A DNA stretch of 64,000 nt from the IMG/VR virus record IMGVR_UViG_3300042363_001420. The stretch is one strand, 5' to 3'. A program made the position numbers and the translations under genes. This DNA is from a virus (taxonomy: Duplodnaviria; Caudoviricetes). Of this stretch, positions 35,581 through 45,432 are shown in pieces (position 1 is the first letter of the stretch; the number at the start of each line of letters is the position of its first letter). The notes beneath the pieces are model-generated. The model ran no database searches, had not been told where the DNA came from, and saw only the letters and a list, made by a program, of their open reading frames with translations.

Positions 35581-36684
35581 TCAAATATTTGGTAAAGCAT
35601 TGTAATCAATTGAATCGCCCATTACACCAATAACATAACTGGTAGATTCAGACTCTTGAAGTGCTGTTTGTTTTTTACTGGTATCAGTGTGCTTGTTGAA
35701 CCAAGGAATAGGTGTGGTCTTTGGTGCTGTAGCTTGATACTTGATACCAATGTCTTTTAATGCACCTACTGCTGTGTAGTCCACAAAATCCTTGAGAATT
35801 TGTGCGTTGAGCCCGATTACCGGACCTTTCTTAAACAGGTAGTCAGCCCAGGCCTTTTCTTCACGGATAACATCCATATATAGAGCATACACCTCTGCTT
35901 CACATTCTGCCTTGACAGCAACAAATCGTGGATCTTCTTTGATTACTTGATTGATTAGATAAGCAGTCCAACCTTTGTGTAACAGCTCGTCTTGTAGGAT
36001 CAAACTAATAATGTTGCCATTGCCCATAAAGATACGATTTTCAACCATGGCTAAACTTGTAGCAAATGATACCATAAAGCGGAATGCTTCTAGCGCATAG
36101 CTAGCATGTAAGGCCATATAGATTGCCTTGATGTGCTCGTGCTCGGTGACATTGTCTGGATTGAGTTCTTTGCGGCAATTAAGTCTATGTAAATAATCGT
36201 AATAATTACCCACGCTCGAAGCCATGTCTACAATTTCTTCGGTATCGTGGATAGTGTTAAACACTTCTTTGGGTACGTTGTAAATATTACGAATGATGTG
36301 ACTGTAGCTGCGACTGTGAATATTGGTTTCAAAAAAAGTCCAATTATAAATCAATGCCTCTAGTTCTGGCAAACTCACAACCGGAGCAAACACTTGGCTA
36401 GGACCTCGTCCTTGCAAACTGTCTAAGGCTGTTTGACGCAGTAGATTACTGGTAAAAATATGCTTAACCGCGTCGCTTGCTTCTTTAAAGTCGTTGCTGT
36501 CTTTGGTTAGGCTGATTTCTTCCGGCACCCAAAAGAATCCCCTTGCTGTGGTTTCAAAATTGGCAATCTTAGGATACTTGAATTCTTCAAATCGCTGAAT
36601 GGTTACAGGACCTGCCGGATCCAGAAACATTTTACGATTAAGGTAGTCTGTCTTTGTTTTTAAGTTGTATTGTTGTTGGCTCAT
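35581..36684 (-). CDS. nrdB: Ribonucleotide reductase class Ia beta subunit
   Basis: FFWVPEE, LDSLQ, ETNIHSRSY (radical Tyr), EAFRF, DELLH. Confidence 0.96.
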   Translation of the reverse strand: MSQQQYNLKTKTDYLNRKMFLDPAGPVTIQRFEEFKYPKIANFETTARGFFWVPEEISLTKDSNDFKEASDAVKHIFTSNLLRQTALDSLQGRGPSQVFAPVVSLPELEALIYNWTFFETNIHSRSYSHIIRNIYNVPKEVFNTIHDTEEIVDMASSVGNYYDYLHRLNCRKELNPDNVTEHEHIKAIYMALHASYALEAFRFMVSFATSLAMVENRIFMGNGNIISLILQDELLHKGWTAYLINQVIKEDPRFVAVKAECEAEVYALYMDVIREEKAWADYLFKKGPVIGLNAQILKDFVDYTAVGALKDIGIKYQATAPKTTPIPWFNKHTDTSKKQTALQESESTSYVIGVMGDSIDYNALPNI

Positions 36685-36925
36685 AATTTATCTTCTTTTC
36701 TAATTCTATTTCGTTCCAAACATCTCTGTTTTGTTGTGCTGTTTCTTTCAACAGACGCCAAGTCTTTTCACTGAGAGTTTCTGTCCATTGAAAATACAGA
36801 TTATTTAATGGTGGCCGACCTGTGTTTTTATCATATAGACTACGATGGTGCCAATACCTTGTTAACCATATTAGTCTTCCGCTTGTTACTCTAACGGGCC
36901 ACCAGGCAAATCTTTTATTTTCCAT
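36638..36925 (-). CDS. Small hypothetical protein
   Basis: MENKRFAWWPVRVTSGRLIWL. Confidence 0.55.
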   Translation of the reverse strand: MENKRFAWWPVRVTSGRLIWLTRYWHHRSLYDKNTGRPPLNNLYFQWTETLSEKTWRLLKETAQQNRDVWNEIELEKKINYEPTTIQLKNKDRLP

Positions 36926-37574
36926 AATTGCCAGAGGCCAACACAATCTTGCAAATGTGCTCAAGTCTCTCAATGTGCTCATATGCACGCCAGGGACTGG
37001 TGTCAACAGCAACTACTCCATGTCTATCCATGCCAATGATATTGTACTTGATCTCGCCAGTCTCGGCATCGACTCCAATATTGTTTATGCATGCATCGGC
37101 TAGATCTTGTGTGATAGGCGGTAACATGGGCACAGTAGGACCAACTGAAGTGTATCGACTCAATTCTGGAAATTCGTTCAGTAGACCCGGCAAGTTAATC
37201 CCTGCGTACATTGCTGCTGTGGTATAAGTGGGATGAAAGTGCATGATTACTCGTACTTCAGTATCAATTTTTTTCTGTAAGCCAAAATGCATGGGCAATT
37301 CACCACTTGGTCTCAGATTGGCACTGATATCAGTGTAAGGCATATCTTCCCAGCTGTACAAAATCTCAGATGTTGCCATACTCTGTGTTTGCACGGCACA
37401 ATTAATTTTGATCTTTTTAAATTGATCAGGTTGTAAAGTTTGTTTGCGCACACCACTGGGTGTAACGTAAAAATGGTCTCGCCCGTGATGACGTATACTG
37501 ACGTTGCCATCACGACTAGTAATCCAGTTGCGTTTGTAAGCGTCTATCATGATATCACAAATTGTTTCTAACAT
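36915..37574 (-). CDS. Class II aldolase/adducin family protein
   Basis: DGNVS, TPSG, PSGELPMH, HFHP, HG metal-binding motifs. Confidence 0.88.
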   Translation of the reverse strand: MLETICDIMIDAYKRNWITSRDGNVSIRHHGRDHFYVTPSGVRKQTLQPDQFKKIKINCAVQTQSMATSEILYSWEDMPYTDISANLRPSGELPMHFGLQKKIDTEVRVIMHFHPTYTTAAMYAGINLPGLLNEFPELSRYTSVGPTVPMLPPITQDLADACINNIGVDAETGEIKYNIIGMDRHGVVAVDTSPWRAYEHIERLEHICKIVLASGNYGK

Positions 37575-37575
37575 A

Positions 37576-38796
37576 TTAATCCTGTTGTTTAATTAAATTT
37601 ACTAACTGCTTGGCTGTTGCAGGACTCAATGTCCAACCCAGATGCCCATGCCCTGTGTGATAATATACCCCTTGCGTATTAGATCGTGATACTATAGGCA
37701 TCATATCGGGTGTCATGGGACGCAAGCATGTCCAGCTAGAATAATTGCTGGTATCAATTTTAGGAAAATTTTTATGTACCCATTTTAATAACGGTTCGAT
37801 TCTGTCTCTACGAATATCATAATTTTCTCCTGCTAGTTCGGCTGTACCTGCTATACGTAAACGATTGCCCAACATACTGGTTACAATTTTTGCCTGATCA
37901 TCTAGTAGACTAACTCTTGGCACATGTTTCATATCTTCGTCACGAACATTGATTGTGATACTATATCCCTTAATGGGATAGATCGGTAAAGAATCATCAA
38001 AAAGTTTGGCTAACTCTACTGAACCAACTCCGGCACATACTACTACTATGTCGTAATTTTTTAGCAGATACGACGAATTGGTGATTAGATCACTACCTAC
38101 CTTTGCATCAAATACAAAATTTACACCATACTTTTGTTCTAAAACTCTGGACAATTCTATACAAAACTTGTGTATATCACCAGTCCAATCACTGGCAGTC
38201 CAGGCACCACCCACAACATCAGTTACGTCTTGCAAAGCAGGATCCATACTTAATGTTTGTTTGGGCGACAATACATCCCATTCACAACCATTGCTGTTAT
38301 ACAGTTCCTTGACATTCACTGCATCTTGAAGGTATTTGGCATCTTTATAAAAGTGCAGAATACCACAATAGCTCTGATCAAATTTCAATCCTTCTTCTTT
38401 GATGATCTCCTGATACAGAGATCTGGATTCCAATCCCAATTGAATAGTCTCGGCAGTATTTTTGGCATATACTCCACGAATGGTATTCCAGAGGAATTTA
38501 GTCATCCATTTAATCTTGGAGATACTGGGAGTGGGTCTGATCAATAGCGGGGCATCTTTTCGAAACATCCACTTGATGCCTTTGCTTACATTGCTCCAGG
38601 TTGTCCAGACTTCACTGTTGCTTACACTGACTTGTCCACCGTTGGAAAAACTGGTTCGCATGGCCGGATATCGTTCCTGTTCCAACACTGTGACTTTATA
38701 GTCACTACGTGCAAGATAATATGCTGCCAGAATTCCGGTAATTCCTGCCCCCACAACTACCACTGACTTGTTATTTTCAGACTTAATTTTTGACAT
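37576..38796 (-). CDS. dadA: D-amino acid dehydrogenase (FAD)
   Basis: GAGITG, TSFSNGGQVS, YPIKGYSIT, LRPMTPD, GHGHLGWTL. Confidence 0.88.
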   Translation of the reverse strand: MSKIKSENNKSVVVVGAGITGILAAYYLARSDYKVTVLEQERYPAMRTSFSNGGQVSVSNSEVWTTWSNVSKGIKWMFRKDAPLLIRPTPSISKIKWMTKFLWNTIRGVYAKNTAETIQLGLESRSLYQEIIKEEGLKFDQSYCGILHFYKDAKYLQDAVNVKELYNSNGCEWDVLSPKQTLSMDPALQDVTDVVGGAWTASDWTGDIHKFCIELSRVLEQKYGVNFVFDAKVGSDLITNSSYLLKNYDIVVVCAGVGSVELAKLFDDSLPIYPIKGYSITINVRDEDMKHVPRVSLLDDQAKIVTSMLGNRLRIAGTAELAGENYDIRRDRIEPLLKWVHKNFPKIDTSNYSSWTCLRPMTPDMMPIVSRSNTQGVYYHTGHGHLGWTLSPATAKQLVNLIKQQD

Positions 38797-38831
38797 TCAA
38801 TATATTCTCGATTGATGATTTCAAATAAATT

Positions 38832-41153
38832 TTATAATTTGCACGATTCACAATCTTCTTCATTGTCAAAGTCAATCTGCTCTAGTGGCATATCGGGCGG
38901 CACTTCGTCTACGGCTTTGGCTCCCTGTTTGTTTAACAAGGAGTAGTAGAAAGTTTTCAGTCCCCAGTAGTGCGCTTGCATCAAGTTTTTGGCAATCAGC
39001 GTAGTAGGTACTTTGCGATCTGCCCAATGACCGGGATTGTAAAAAGTATTGGTTGAAATTGACTGATCAACATAAGCTGCAATCACAGCGGCTGTTTTTA
39101 AATACCCATCGCAATCCTGCTGATCCCACATCAATTGATACTTGTTTTTTAACTTGTGATATTCAGGAACAACCTGTGTCAATGATCCGGCCTTAGACTC
39201 TTTAGTACTAATCAGGCTCATTGGCATTTCAATACCGTTGGTACTGTTGATTACTACGCTGGATGATTCTACTGGTGCAACTGCCATTTGAGTAGCATTA
39301 CGAACTCCGTACTCTTTCATAGTAGAACGCAAAGTTTCCCAATCTAATTCCGGAGCAAAGTCAGCAAGTTCGTTGACACCATTAGCACGTAGTTCCCACG
39401 GAAATACTCCCTTGCCATAACGTGTTTGGTCACTGCCTTCACACTTACCGCGTTCTTTAGCTAACTCAATGCTGGCTTCAGTTAGATAAAATGCTTGATG
39501 TTCCATCCACGATTTAACATCCTGTAGTGCATCTTTCTCACCGTATTTGAGGCCGCGTTTGGCGTGCCAATAAGCCAAATTAGTAACACCAATGCCCAAG
39601 GGTCGAATTTCGTCATTGCTTAACTTACTCTGAATGCTAAGAAAATCCTGATAGTCGAGTATATTATTAAGACTGCGATGAAGGATACGGCAGGCACGAC
39701 GCATGTCTTCGGGATTACGAAAAGCACCCCAGTTGATACTACCCAGAGTGCAAAGAGCAATGCGACCGTTAGCATCATCAAGACGCTTGAAAGACTTTGT
39801 AGGTAAAAGTATTTCACAGCAAAGATTACTCTGATAAATGGTATGATACTCGGGGTCAAAAGGTCCTTGACTCATTACATTGTCAATGAACACCAAATAA
39901 ATGCGGCCGGTATCGGTTCTCTCTTTAAGGATGCCGCTCTTGAATACTTCTTCAGCAGTCATTGTTTTTTTACGCAGGCCTGATTTCTTTTCGTATTTGA
40001 CGTAGAGTTCTTCGAACAGTTTAGTGTTTGAATAAAAAGCCTCATACAAGTCAGGTACTTCATTGGGATCAAAAAATGTTATGTCTTCTTTGTTCTTGAA
40101 ACGGCGCCAAAAGAATGCAGACAGAACAACACCATAATCCATATGACGGACCCTGGTTTCTTCTGTACCTTGATTGTTTTTAAGTACAATGAGATCATCA
40201 AACTGATGATGCCATATGGGATAGAAAACTGTAGCACTGGCATTTCTAATGCCTCCTTGGCTGCAACTACGCAAATCGCCAAACCATTTTTTAAGAAATG
40301 GTACCATGCCAGTGTGCATGATTTCGCCACCTCGAATAGGTGATCCCAATGGACGCAAGCGACCAATTTCCAATCCAATGCCTGCACGTTTGCTGGCATA
40401 CTTGGCCATCATCTCACCACTAGCAAATATACTGTCTAGATCATCGTCGCTGCGAATAAGGACGCAAGAGCTAAATTGTTTGGTAGGAGTACCAAGACCA
40501 GCAAGCACAGGTGTAGCAAGAGTGAACAAGCCATCGCTTGCAGCATTATAATATTCTTTGATGAATCGCATACGAGCTGTATTAGGTTCTTCTTTATGAA
40601 AAACAGTTGCGGCCGCGACCATGTATCGAACTTGTGGAGTTTCATAAATTTCCTTTGTTGCACGATTGCGTACAAGATATTTCTCAATCAACTGTTCAAT
40701 AGCAGCATAACTGTAGAGTTCGTCTTTGTCATGATCGATCATGTCATTCATGCGATCCCAGTCTTCTGGCGTGTACCACTCCAATAATTCTGCAGTATAC
40801 AGGCCTATCTTAACATTGCGCTTTACAATTTCGTAAAGTGATGGCGGTTGATAGTCGCCGTAGACATCTTTGCGCAACATGCTGAGACGCTGCTTGCCGG
40901 CTACATATTGATAATTGGTGTGACCAATATCAGGATTGGCTTCTACATCAATGAGATCAACAATAGCACGTAGAGTAATTTCGTCAATTTCTCTAGTGGT
41001 CATGCTGTCATAAAAATGTGGTTGGGCTTTGATTTCTATCATGCTTTGACTTACGTCTGCTATGCCGCTGCAGACTTTGGTAATTTGCGCTTGCCACTTT
41101 TCGATATGCAATGGCTCTCTATTACCTTTTCTTTTTTGTACTTGAATTGTCAT
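38832..41153 (-). CDS. nrdA: Ribonucleotide reductase class Ia alpha subunit with ATP cone
   Basis: VQKRKG ATP cone, FSSC, SNLCCE, LCTL, KTFYY, C-terminal CESC. Confidence 0.97.
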   Translation of the reverse strand: MTIQVQKRKGNREPLHIEKWQAQITKVCSGIADVSQSMIEIKAQPHFYDSMTTREIDEITLRAIVDLIDVEANPDIGHTNYQYVAGKQRLSMLRKDVYGDYQPPSLYEIVKRNVKIGLYTAELLEWYTPEDWDRMNDMIDHDKDELYSYAAIEQLIEKYLVRNRATKEIYETPQVRYMVAAATVFHKEEPNTARMRFIKEYYNAASDGLFTLATPVLAGLGTPTKQFSSCVLIRSDDDLDSIFASGEMMAKYASKRAGIGLEIGRLRPLGSPIRGGEIMHTGMVPFLKKWFGDLRSCSQGGIRNASATVFYPIWHHQFDDLIVLKNNQGTEETRVRHMDYGVVLSAFFWRRFKNKEDITFFDPNEVPDLYEAFYSNTKLFEELYVKYEKKSGLRKKTMTAEEVFKSGILKERTDTGRIYLVFIDNVMSQGPFDPEYHTIYQSNLCCEILLPTKSFKRLDDANGRIALCTLGSINWGAFRNPEDMRRACRILHRSLNNILDYQDFLSIQSKLSNDEIRPLGIGVTNLAYWHAKRGLKYGEKDALQDVKSWMEHQAFYLTEASIELAKERGKCEGSDQTRYGKGVFPWELRANGVNELADFAPELDWETLRSTMKEYGVRNATQMAVAPVESSSVVINSTNGIEMPMSLISTKESKAGSLTQVVPEYHKLKNKYQLMWDQQDCDGYLKTAAVIAAYVDQSISTNTFYNPGHWADRKVPTTLIAKNLMQAHYWGLKTFYYSLLNKQGAKAVDEVPPDMPLEQIDFDNEEDCESCKL

Positions 41154-41160
41154 TTGTCGC

Positions 41161-41589
41161 TTATTTTAAAAAACTTGCTAATTCAGAACTGTCGATACGG
41201 TTCTTAACAGTGTTGATCGGTGTTGAGTGGATATTTAACATCTCTCCTGGAGCCCAATTCAATATATATTTCCCATGGTCGACTAGGACTAAATTGTCCT
41301 GATCCGTTTGTATTATTGTTAGATTTTTGTAATCAATAGTTTCTATCAGCATTATAGTATACACTATACCCAATGCTTTTGCAAGTTCACAATAACCGGA
41401 TAAAGTCAAAAGATTCCAGGGATCTGGCCAATCTTGTTTACTGTTCCAATCAATGGAACAATTGACCATCGGGGCTCGAAACCACCAGTTGTTGATCAAT
41501 ATCAAGGACTGATCTGTTGACAATACGGAGGCCTTCTGTCTAAGCTGGCACCAGGCTGCCAGCCTATCTTGATAAAATTCTTCCCACAT
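41161..41589 (-). CDS. Hypothetical protein, transglutaminase-like (LapG-type) pattern
   Basis: WPDPWNLL..GYCELAKALG resembles W.TP.E.L..GDCED.AIAK. Confidence 0.4.
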   Translation of the reverse strand: MWEEFYQDRLAAWCQLRQKASVLSTDQSLILINNWWFRAPMVNCSIDWNSKQDWPDPWNLLTLSGYCELAKALGIVYTIMLIETIDYKNLTIIQTDQDNLVLVDHGKYILNWAPGEMLNIHSTPINTVKNRIDSSELASFLK

Positions 41590-43166
41590 TAGGCTAAGTT
41601 AGCTATAGAGTATGTTAAGGTTCCGGCAGTGCCGGTGTTGGTTGTAGTATATGTTACAGATATAGTAGTGCTCACTTGAGAAACTGCTAGTGTAACACCT
41701 GTAGTGGAATTTTCTGTAAAGTCTTCGCTGTAAGATAATGCAGCAACACCGTCTTCGGCTGTTACAAACAGTGTACCATGTCTAATAGCAGTTGCTCGAA
41801 CAATAGTGTAATCAACTCTAAAGGCTCGAGTTACACCAGTACCGATTTGAAAAATCGGTTGATTAATTTGATTATTTGCTAACGTAAAAGTACGTCCAGA
41901 ATTTCTAGTGTAACGACCTAATTGCAGCAGTGTACCAGTGGTAGCAGCAGCTCCGACTATTCTAACTCGAGGATGTACTAATACTTCATCGAGTCCTCGT
42001 TCAAACATGTCAGAAACAGACACATTGTTGTCATTGCCAAAAGTTACAACAGCACTGGTCGGAGAAGTACTGAAATCGTTACCGACGTTGAAGAATATAT
42101 TATGAGCTGATATACAGGTGTTGACATCGTCGTATACAATGCCTTCTCTGTAGACCCGATCAAAAATTGAACTCTGAACTCTAAAACCTTCTGGACCACC
42201 ATTGACCGGTGTTACTGCACCTAGTACTACACCTTGATATAGAGTATTAAATTTGCTGTTGGACACAGTAACTGATTGAATATTTTGATCTGTGTTAATG
42301 CCGTAAGTGAGTCCAGAAAACAAGCACTTGTCAAATGTTATTTGATTACAGGTTGCAGACGGTGTACTAGCAAATCTCACACCAGCAATATTGTTGGCGC
42401 TGAGATTTGTAACAATATTAGATTCGGTCAAAGGTCCAACAAAATCCACACTATCAAAGTAACACTGACTGGCTGTTTCAACTAAAAATACATCGGTTAA
42501 TTCTTGAACTGAAAAAGACATTGAAGAAATTTCAATGTTTCTCGGAGGAGTAGCTCCGTTGTTACCAATATTGGCGCCGGTCTGTTGGAGGCTGTCTCCG
42601 TATCGCGCTGTGTAAGTGCTTAGGGTACTGAGGTCAGAACTAATATCTAACACAACAATACTACAATTGGCTCCTTCGCCTACTAACTTTGCATAAGTTG
42701 GAATTACAATAGTTTCTGTAACACGATATACACCAGCCGGAAACAACAGTGTTCTACGAACTGCTGCATTGCCAGCAACACAATAAAGTTGATTAAGAGC
42801 GCGATTGATAGCAGCAGTATCGTCGGTTTGACCGTCGCCTACTGCTCCAAAAGCTCTAACCGAAACATAATCATCTAGTCTTTCTTGTACAGTGCGAACT
42901 ACAGGGTCGCTGGGTGTAGGACCAGTTTGTGCCGGATAACCTACTACAACATCTTCGTATGTGTACTCGCTAAGAACTGTGATGTCAGAATATTCTGTTA
43001 AGATCTCGGTGTTACCAATGGTAGGAGCACCTTCTTGTAGTGTGCCGTTACCTATGAATAGTCTGCGACTGTCAACAGCCCATCCCAGTTCAGCACCAGC
43101 CAGTTGTGGCAGATTTTCTGTGAGACCTTTGCGGTTTGTTATTCTCGATACTTGTACGATAGCCAT
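41589..43166 (-). CDS. Virion tail/baseplate protein with pectate-lyase-like beta-helix
   Basis: LPQLAGAELGW..D.RRLFIGNG head; VSVRAFGAVGDGQTDDTAAI..A, FPAGVY. Confidence 0.75.
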   Translation of the reverse strand: MAIVQVSRITNRKGLTENLPQLAGAELGWAVDSRRLFIGNGTLQEGAPTIGNTEILTEYSDITVLSEYTYEDVVVGYPAQTGPTPSDPVVRTVQERLDDYVSVRAFGAVGDGQTDDTAAINRALNQLYCVAGNAAVRRTLLFPAGVYRVTETIVIPTYAKLVGEGANCSIVVLDISSDLSTLSTYTARYGDSLQQTGANIGNNGATPPRNIEISSMSFSVQELTDVFLVETASQCYFDSVDFVGPLTESNIVTNLSANNIAGVRFASTPSATCNQITFDKCLFSGLTYGINTDQNIQSVTVSNSKFNTLYQGVVLGAVTPVNGGPEGFRVQSSIFDRVYREGIVYDDVNTCISAHNIFFNVGNDFSTSPTSAVVTFGNDNNVSVSDMFERGLDEVLVHPRVRIVGAAATTGTLLQLGRYTRNSGRTFTLANNQINQPIFQIGTGVTRAFRVDYTIVRATAIRHGTLFVTAEDGVAALSYSEDFTENSTTGVTLAVSQVSTTISVTYTTTNTGTAGTLTYSIANLA

Positions 43167-43192
43167 GTGTTGTTTACCCAGTTATCGGGTAT

Positions 43193-43903
43193 TTATGCTG
43201 TTAGATAGTACAGCTCTACACGTTTGGTCCACTCATTTGTCCAGTAAGCAAACTCGTCGCCTTCTATGACAAATTCTAGGTATTCTGGCTTTGAATAGGA
43301 TCCATCGTCTAATATTTTAGGCTGTACAGACATTAAAATAACGCCGGTATTGATTGCTGTTCCGTGTGTGTTGTTGTGTGCTTGTGCATACGCCGCCAGT
43401 TGCAGAAAATAGTCAGTGATCCATTCACGCTTTTTAACTTTATTGCTTTGCTTGAAGTCCATGATAGCTGGTCTGCCTTTCCATACACCCACGCAGTCAG
43501 TGGTGCCTGCATATAAACCACTGTAATAGACCGGAACTTCTACTCCCCAGAATTCGTCTACATGTTGCAGTCCCTGTAGAATAATTTCTGCTGCCATAAA
43601 CCAACTGGAATGTGCATAGGGATTAGATGGCAGTTCTTTCAAATTGTCGGTTAGAGCATAAGTTTCCAAGTAGGCATGCATCCTAGTGCCACGATTAGCA
43701 GCTTCTGTTGTGATTTCTTGTGCTCGTTTTTCGCCAACAGATCGCTTCCAATTAGCAAGTGCATCGCGATCTTTCTGCGGCTTGGTGCGATCCAGGATGG
43801 TTGTTACACTGGGCACCTTGTTACCGTCGGGCAAGCAGTAATGTCGCTTGCCGTCAATAGTGGTTCTGCTGATGGGTGTGTAGTTGTATCGTTGTGTTAT
43901 CAT
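43193..43903 (-). CDS. PD-(D/E)XK exonuclease
   Basis: PSVTTIL, RGTRMH, E, AGTTD, DFKQS, QLAAYA. Confidence 0.85.
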   Translation of the reverse strand: MITQRYNYTPISRTTIDGKRHYCLPDGNKVPSVTTILDRTKPQKDRDALANWKRSVGEKRAQEITTEAANRGTRMHAYLETYALTDNLKELPSNPYAHSSWFMAAEIILQGLQHVDEFWGVEVPVYYSGLYAGTTDCVGVWKGRPAIMDFKQSNKVKKREWITDYFLQLAAYAQAHNNTHGTAINTGVILMSVQPKILDDGSYSKPEYLEFVIEGDEFAYWTNEWTKRVELYYLTA

Positions 43904-44229
43904 TAGACTGTAAAACTTTCGCCGCAACCGCAACGTGCTGCTTCTTTGGGATTTTTGAAATCAAAGCCTTCGTTGAGACCTTGTCGTGTGTAATCTATTA
44001 CCAGCCCATCTAAGTAGACTAGATCCTTGCCAGTGACCCAGACTCGAGCTCCATCTTTTTCGTACTCTGTCCAATCCCAAGTACACGGTGCTTCATCCAT
44101 GTACTCCAATACATAGGCCAGGCCAGAACAACCAGTGGTCTTGACCCCGACTCGTACGCCCACACCCGAACCGCGTTTGTCAATGTTGCTGACAATTTTT
44201 TTGGCTGCTGTTTCAGTTATTGTTATCAT
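43903..44229 (-). CDS. iscA: Fe-S cluster carrier (A-type)
   Basis: TTGCSGLAY and CGCGESF. Confidence 0.94.
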   Translation of the reverse strand: MITITETAAKKIVSNIDKRGSGVGVRVGVKTTGCSGLAYVLEYMDEAPCTWDWTEYEKDGARVWVTGKDLVYLDGLVIDYTRQGLNEGFDFKNPKEAARCGCGESFTV

Positions 44230-44318
44230 GTTTTTTCCTATCTTGATTCAATTACAAATTCTCTCTTGTAACCAAATTGGTTACAAGCCAATCGACGGCT
44301 TTGGCTAAGCTACGACTA

Positions 44319-45011
44319 TTAGAATCTGACATCTCTTAACCACGAAATCTCATACCAATTGTCGCCATGTGTGTTAAATTTTTGATTTACAGTTAGCCAG
44401 AATTCAACTTCATCTAAAAAATAAGATTTAGTAGATGCTTGTATATTAGCATCCTTTTCCCATAATGCTTTTATCTTTTTATACAATGGATCCATATAAA
44501 CTGATGTAGCGTGTGACAGTTCATAATCCCAATTTATTCTTTCATGCCCAAAGTGACTTAAAAGTTTTTGTGTGAACTTGACCGATTCTCCGTGATTACC
44601 TGTCAGAGGTATCCAATCAATTAAATTAATTCTGTCTTTGTACAAAGTTGTGAGTGCTACACTGTGTTCATCTAAAAACGGTACCTGAGCCAGCATCTCC
44701 CCAAATCCATCGTGTTCCATTAAAAGATCAACAGTACCAGTGTGTATCAAGAATTCAGCTATGCCTTTATGCCGGCGTTTAACAGGATCCATGCAATAAG
44801 AAAATGCGTGATCTTTTTCCCAGTCAATATTTTCGTACTTTTCTGTTTTCCAGCCTGCTACTTCAGTAAAGTTTCTATAAAAAAACTCGCTGCCGCACTT
44901 TAATGTTCTAACATAGACTAGATTTTTCCAACGAGCACAGTCGACGTATATTTCTTTTCGTAACTGTTTGTTTTGGTCAAAAAATCTATGGTCGCTAAAT
45001 TTTTCAATCAT
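44319..45011 (-). CDS. Sulfotransferase-family-like protein
   Basis: VYVRTLKCGSEF (5'-PSB-like), DPVKR..KGI, FLDEH; paralogous to 63085..63897. Confidence 0.45.
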   Translation of the reverse strand: MIEKFSDHRFFDQNKQLRKEIYVDCARWKNLVYVRTLKCGSEFFYRNFTEVAGWKTEKYENIDWEKDHAFSYCMDPVKRRHKGIAEFLIHTGTVDLLMEHDGFGEMLAQVPFLDEHSVALTTLYKDRINLIDWIPLTGNHGESVKFTQKLLSHFGHERINWDYELSHATSVYMDPLYKKIKALWEKDANIQASTKSYFLDEVEFWLTVNQKFNTHGDNWYEISWLRDVRF

Positions 45012-45033
45012 TTTAAATTCTTTTTGTTGCGCA

Positions 45034-45414
45034 TCAAGACTGATGCTTTGATCTGTAGTCTGCTATTGCAGCTTTGATAGCATCTTCTGCAAGGATGCTG
45101 CAATGTATCTTAACCGGCGGGAGTGCGAGTTCTTGAGCGATTTCAGTATTTTTAATTGTCGCTGCTTCGTCAAGAGTTTTGCCTTTGACCCATTCAGTAA
45201 CCAATGACGAACTGGCAATGGCCGATCCGCAGCCGTATGTTTTGAATTTTGCATCTGTAATAATACCATCTTGTACTTTGATCTGTAGCTTCATTACATC
45301 CCCGCAAGCCGGTGCTCCCACCATGCCTGTGGCAACATCAGTATCATTTTTATCAAACGACCCAACGTTTCTTGGATTTTCGTAATGATCTAAAACTTTT
45401 TCGCTATATGCCAT
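45034..45414 (-). CDS. iscU: Fe-S cluster scaffold
   Basis: MAYSEKVLDHYENPRN, APACGD, GCGS, LPPVKIHCS. Confidence 0.97.
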   Translation of the reverse strand: MAYSEKVLDHYENPRNVGSFDKNDTDVATGMVGAPACGDVMKLQIKVQDGIITDAKFKTYGCGSAIASSSLVTEWVKGKTLDEAATIKNTEIAQELALPPVKIHCSILAEDAIKAAIADYRSKHQS

Positions 45415-45432
45415 TGCTGTTTCCTTGGTTTT

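Noticed and set aside
38832-41153. Intein or intron in nrdA (also checked nrdB, helicase, ligase)
   Set aside because: Lengths are normal and no splice motifs or homing endonuclease ORFs are visible
43193-43903. Exonuclease as Cas4 of a CRISPR system
   Set aside because: Lacks the four-Cys Fe-S motif and any array; typical stand-alone phage PD-(D/E)XK exonuclease
44262-44318. Functional tRNA-Thr(UGU)
   Set aside because: No T-arm (GTTCRA) or acceptor stem; kept only as a low-interest finding
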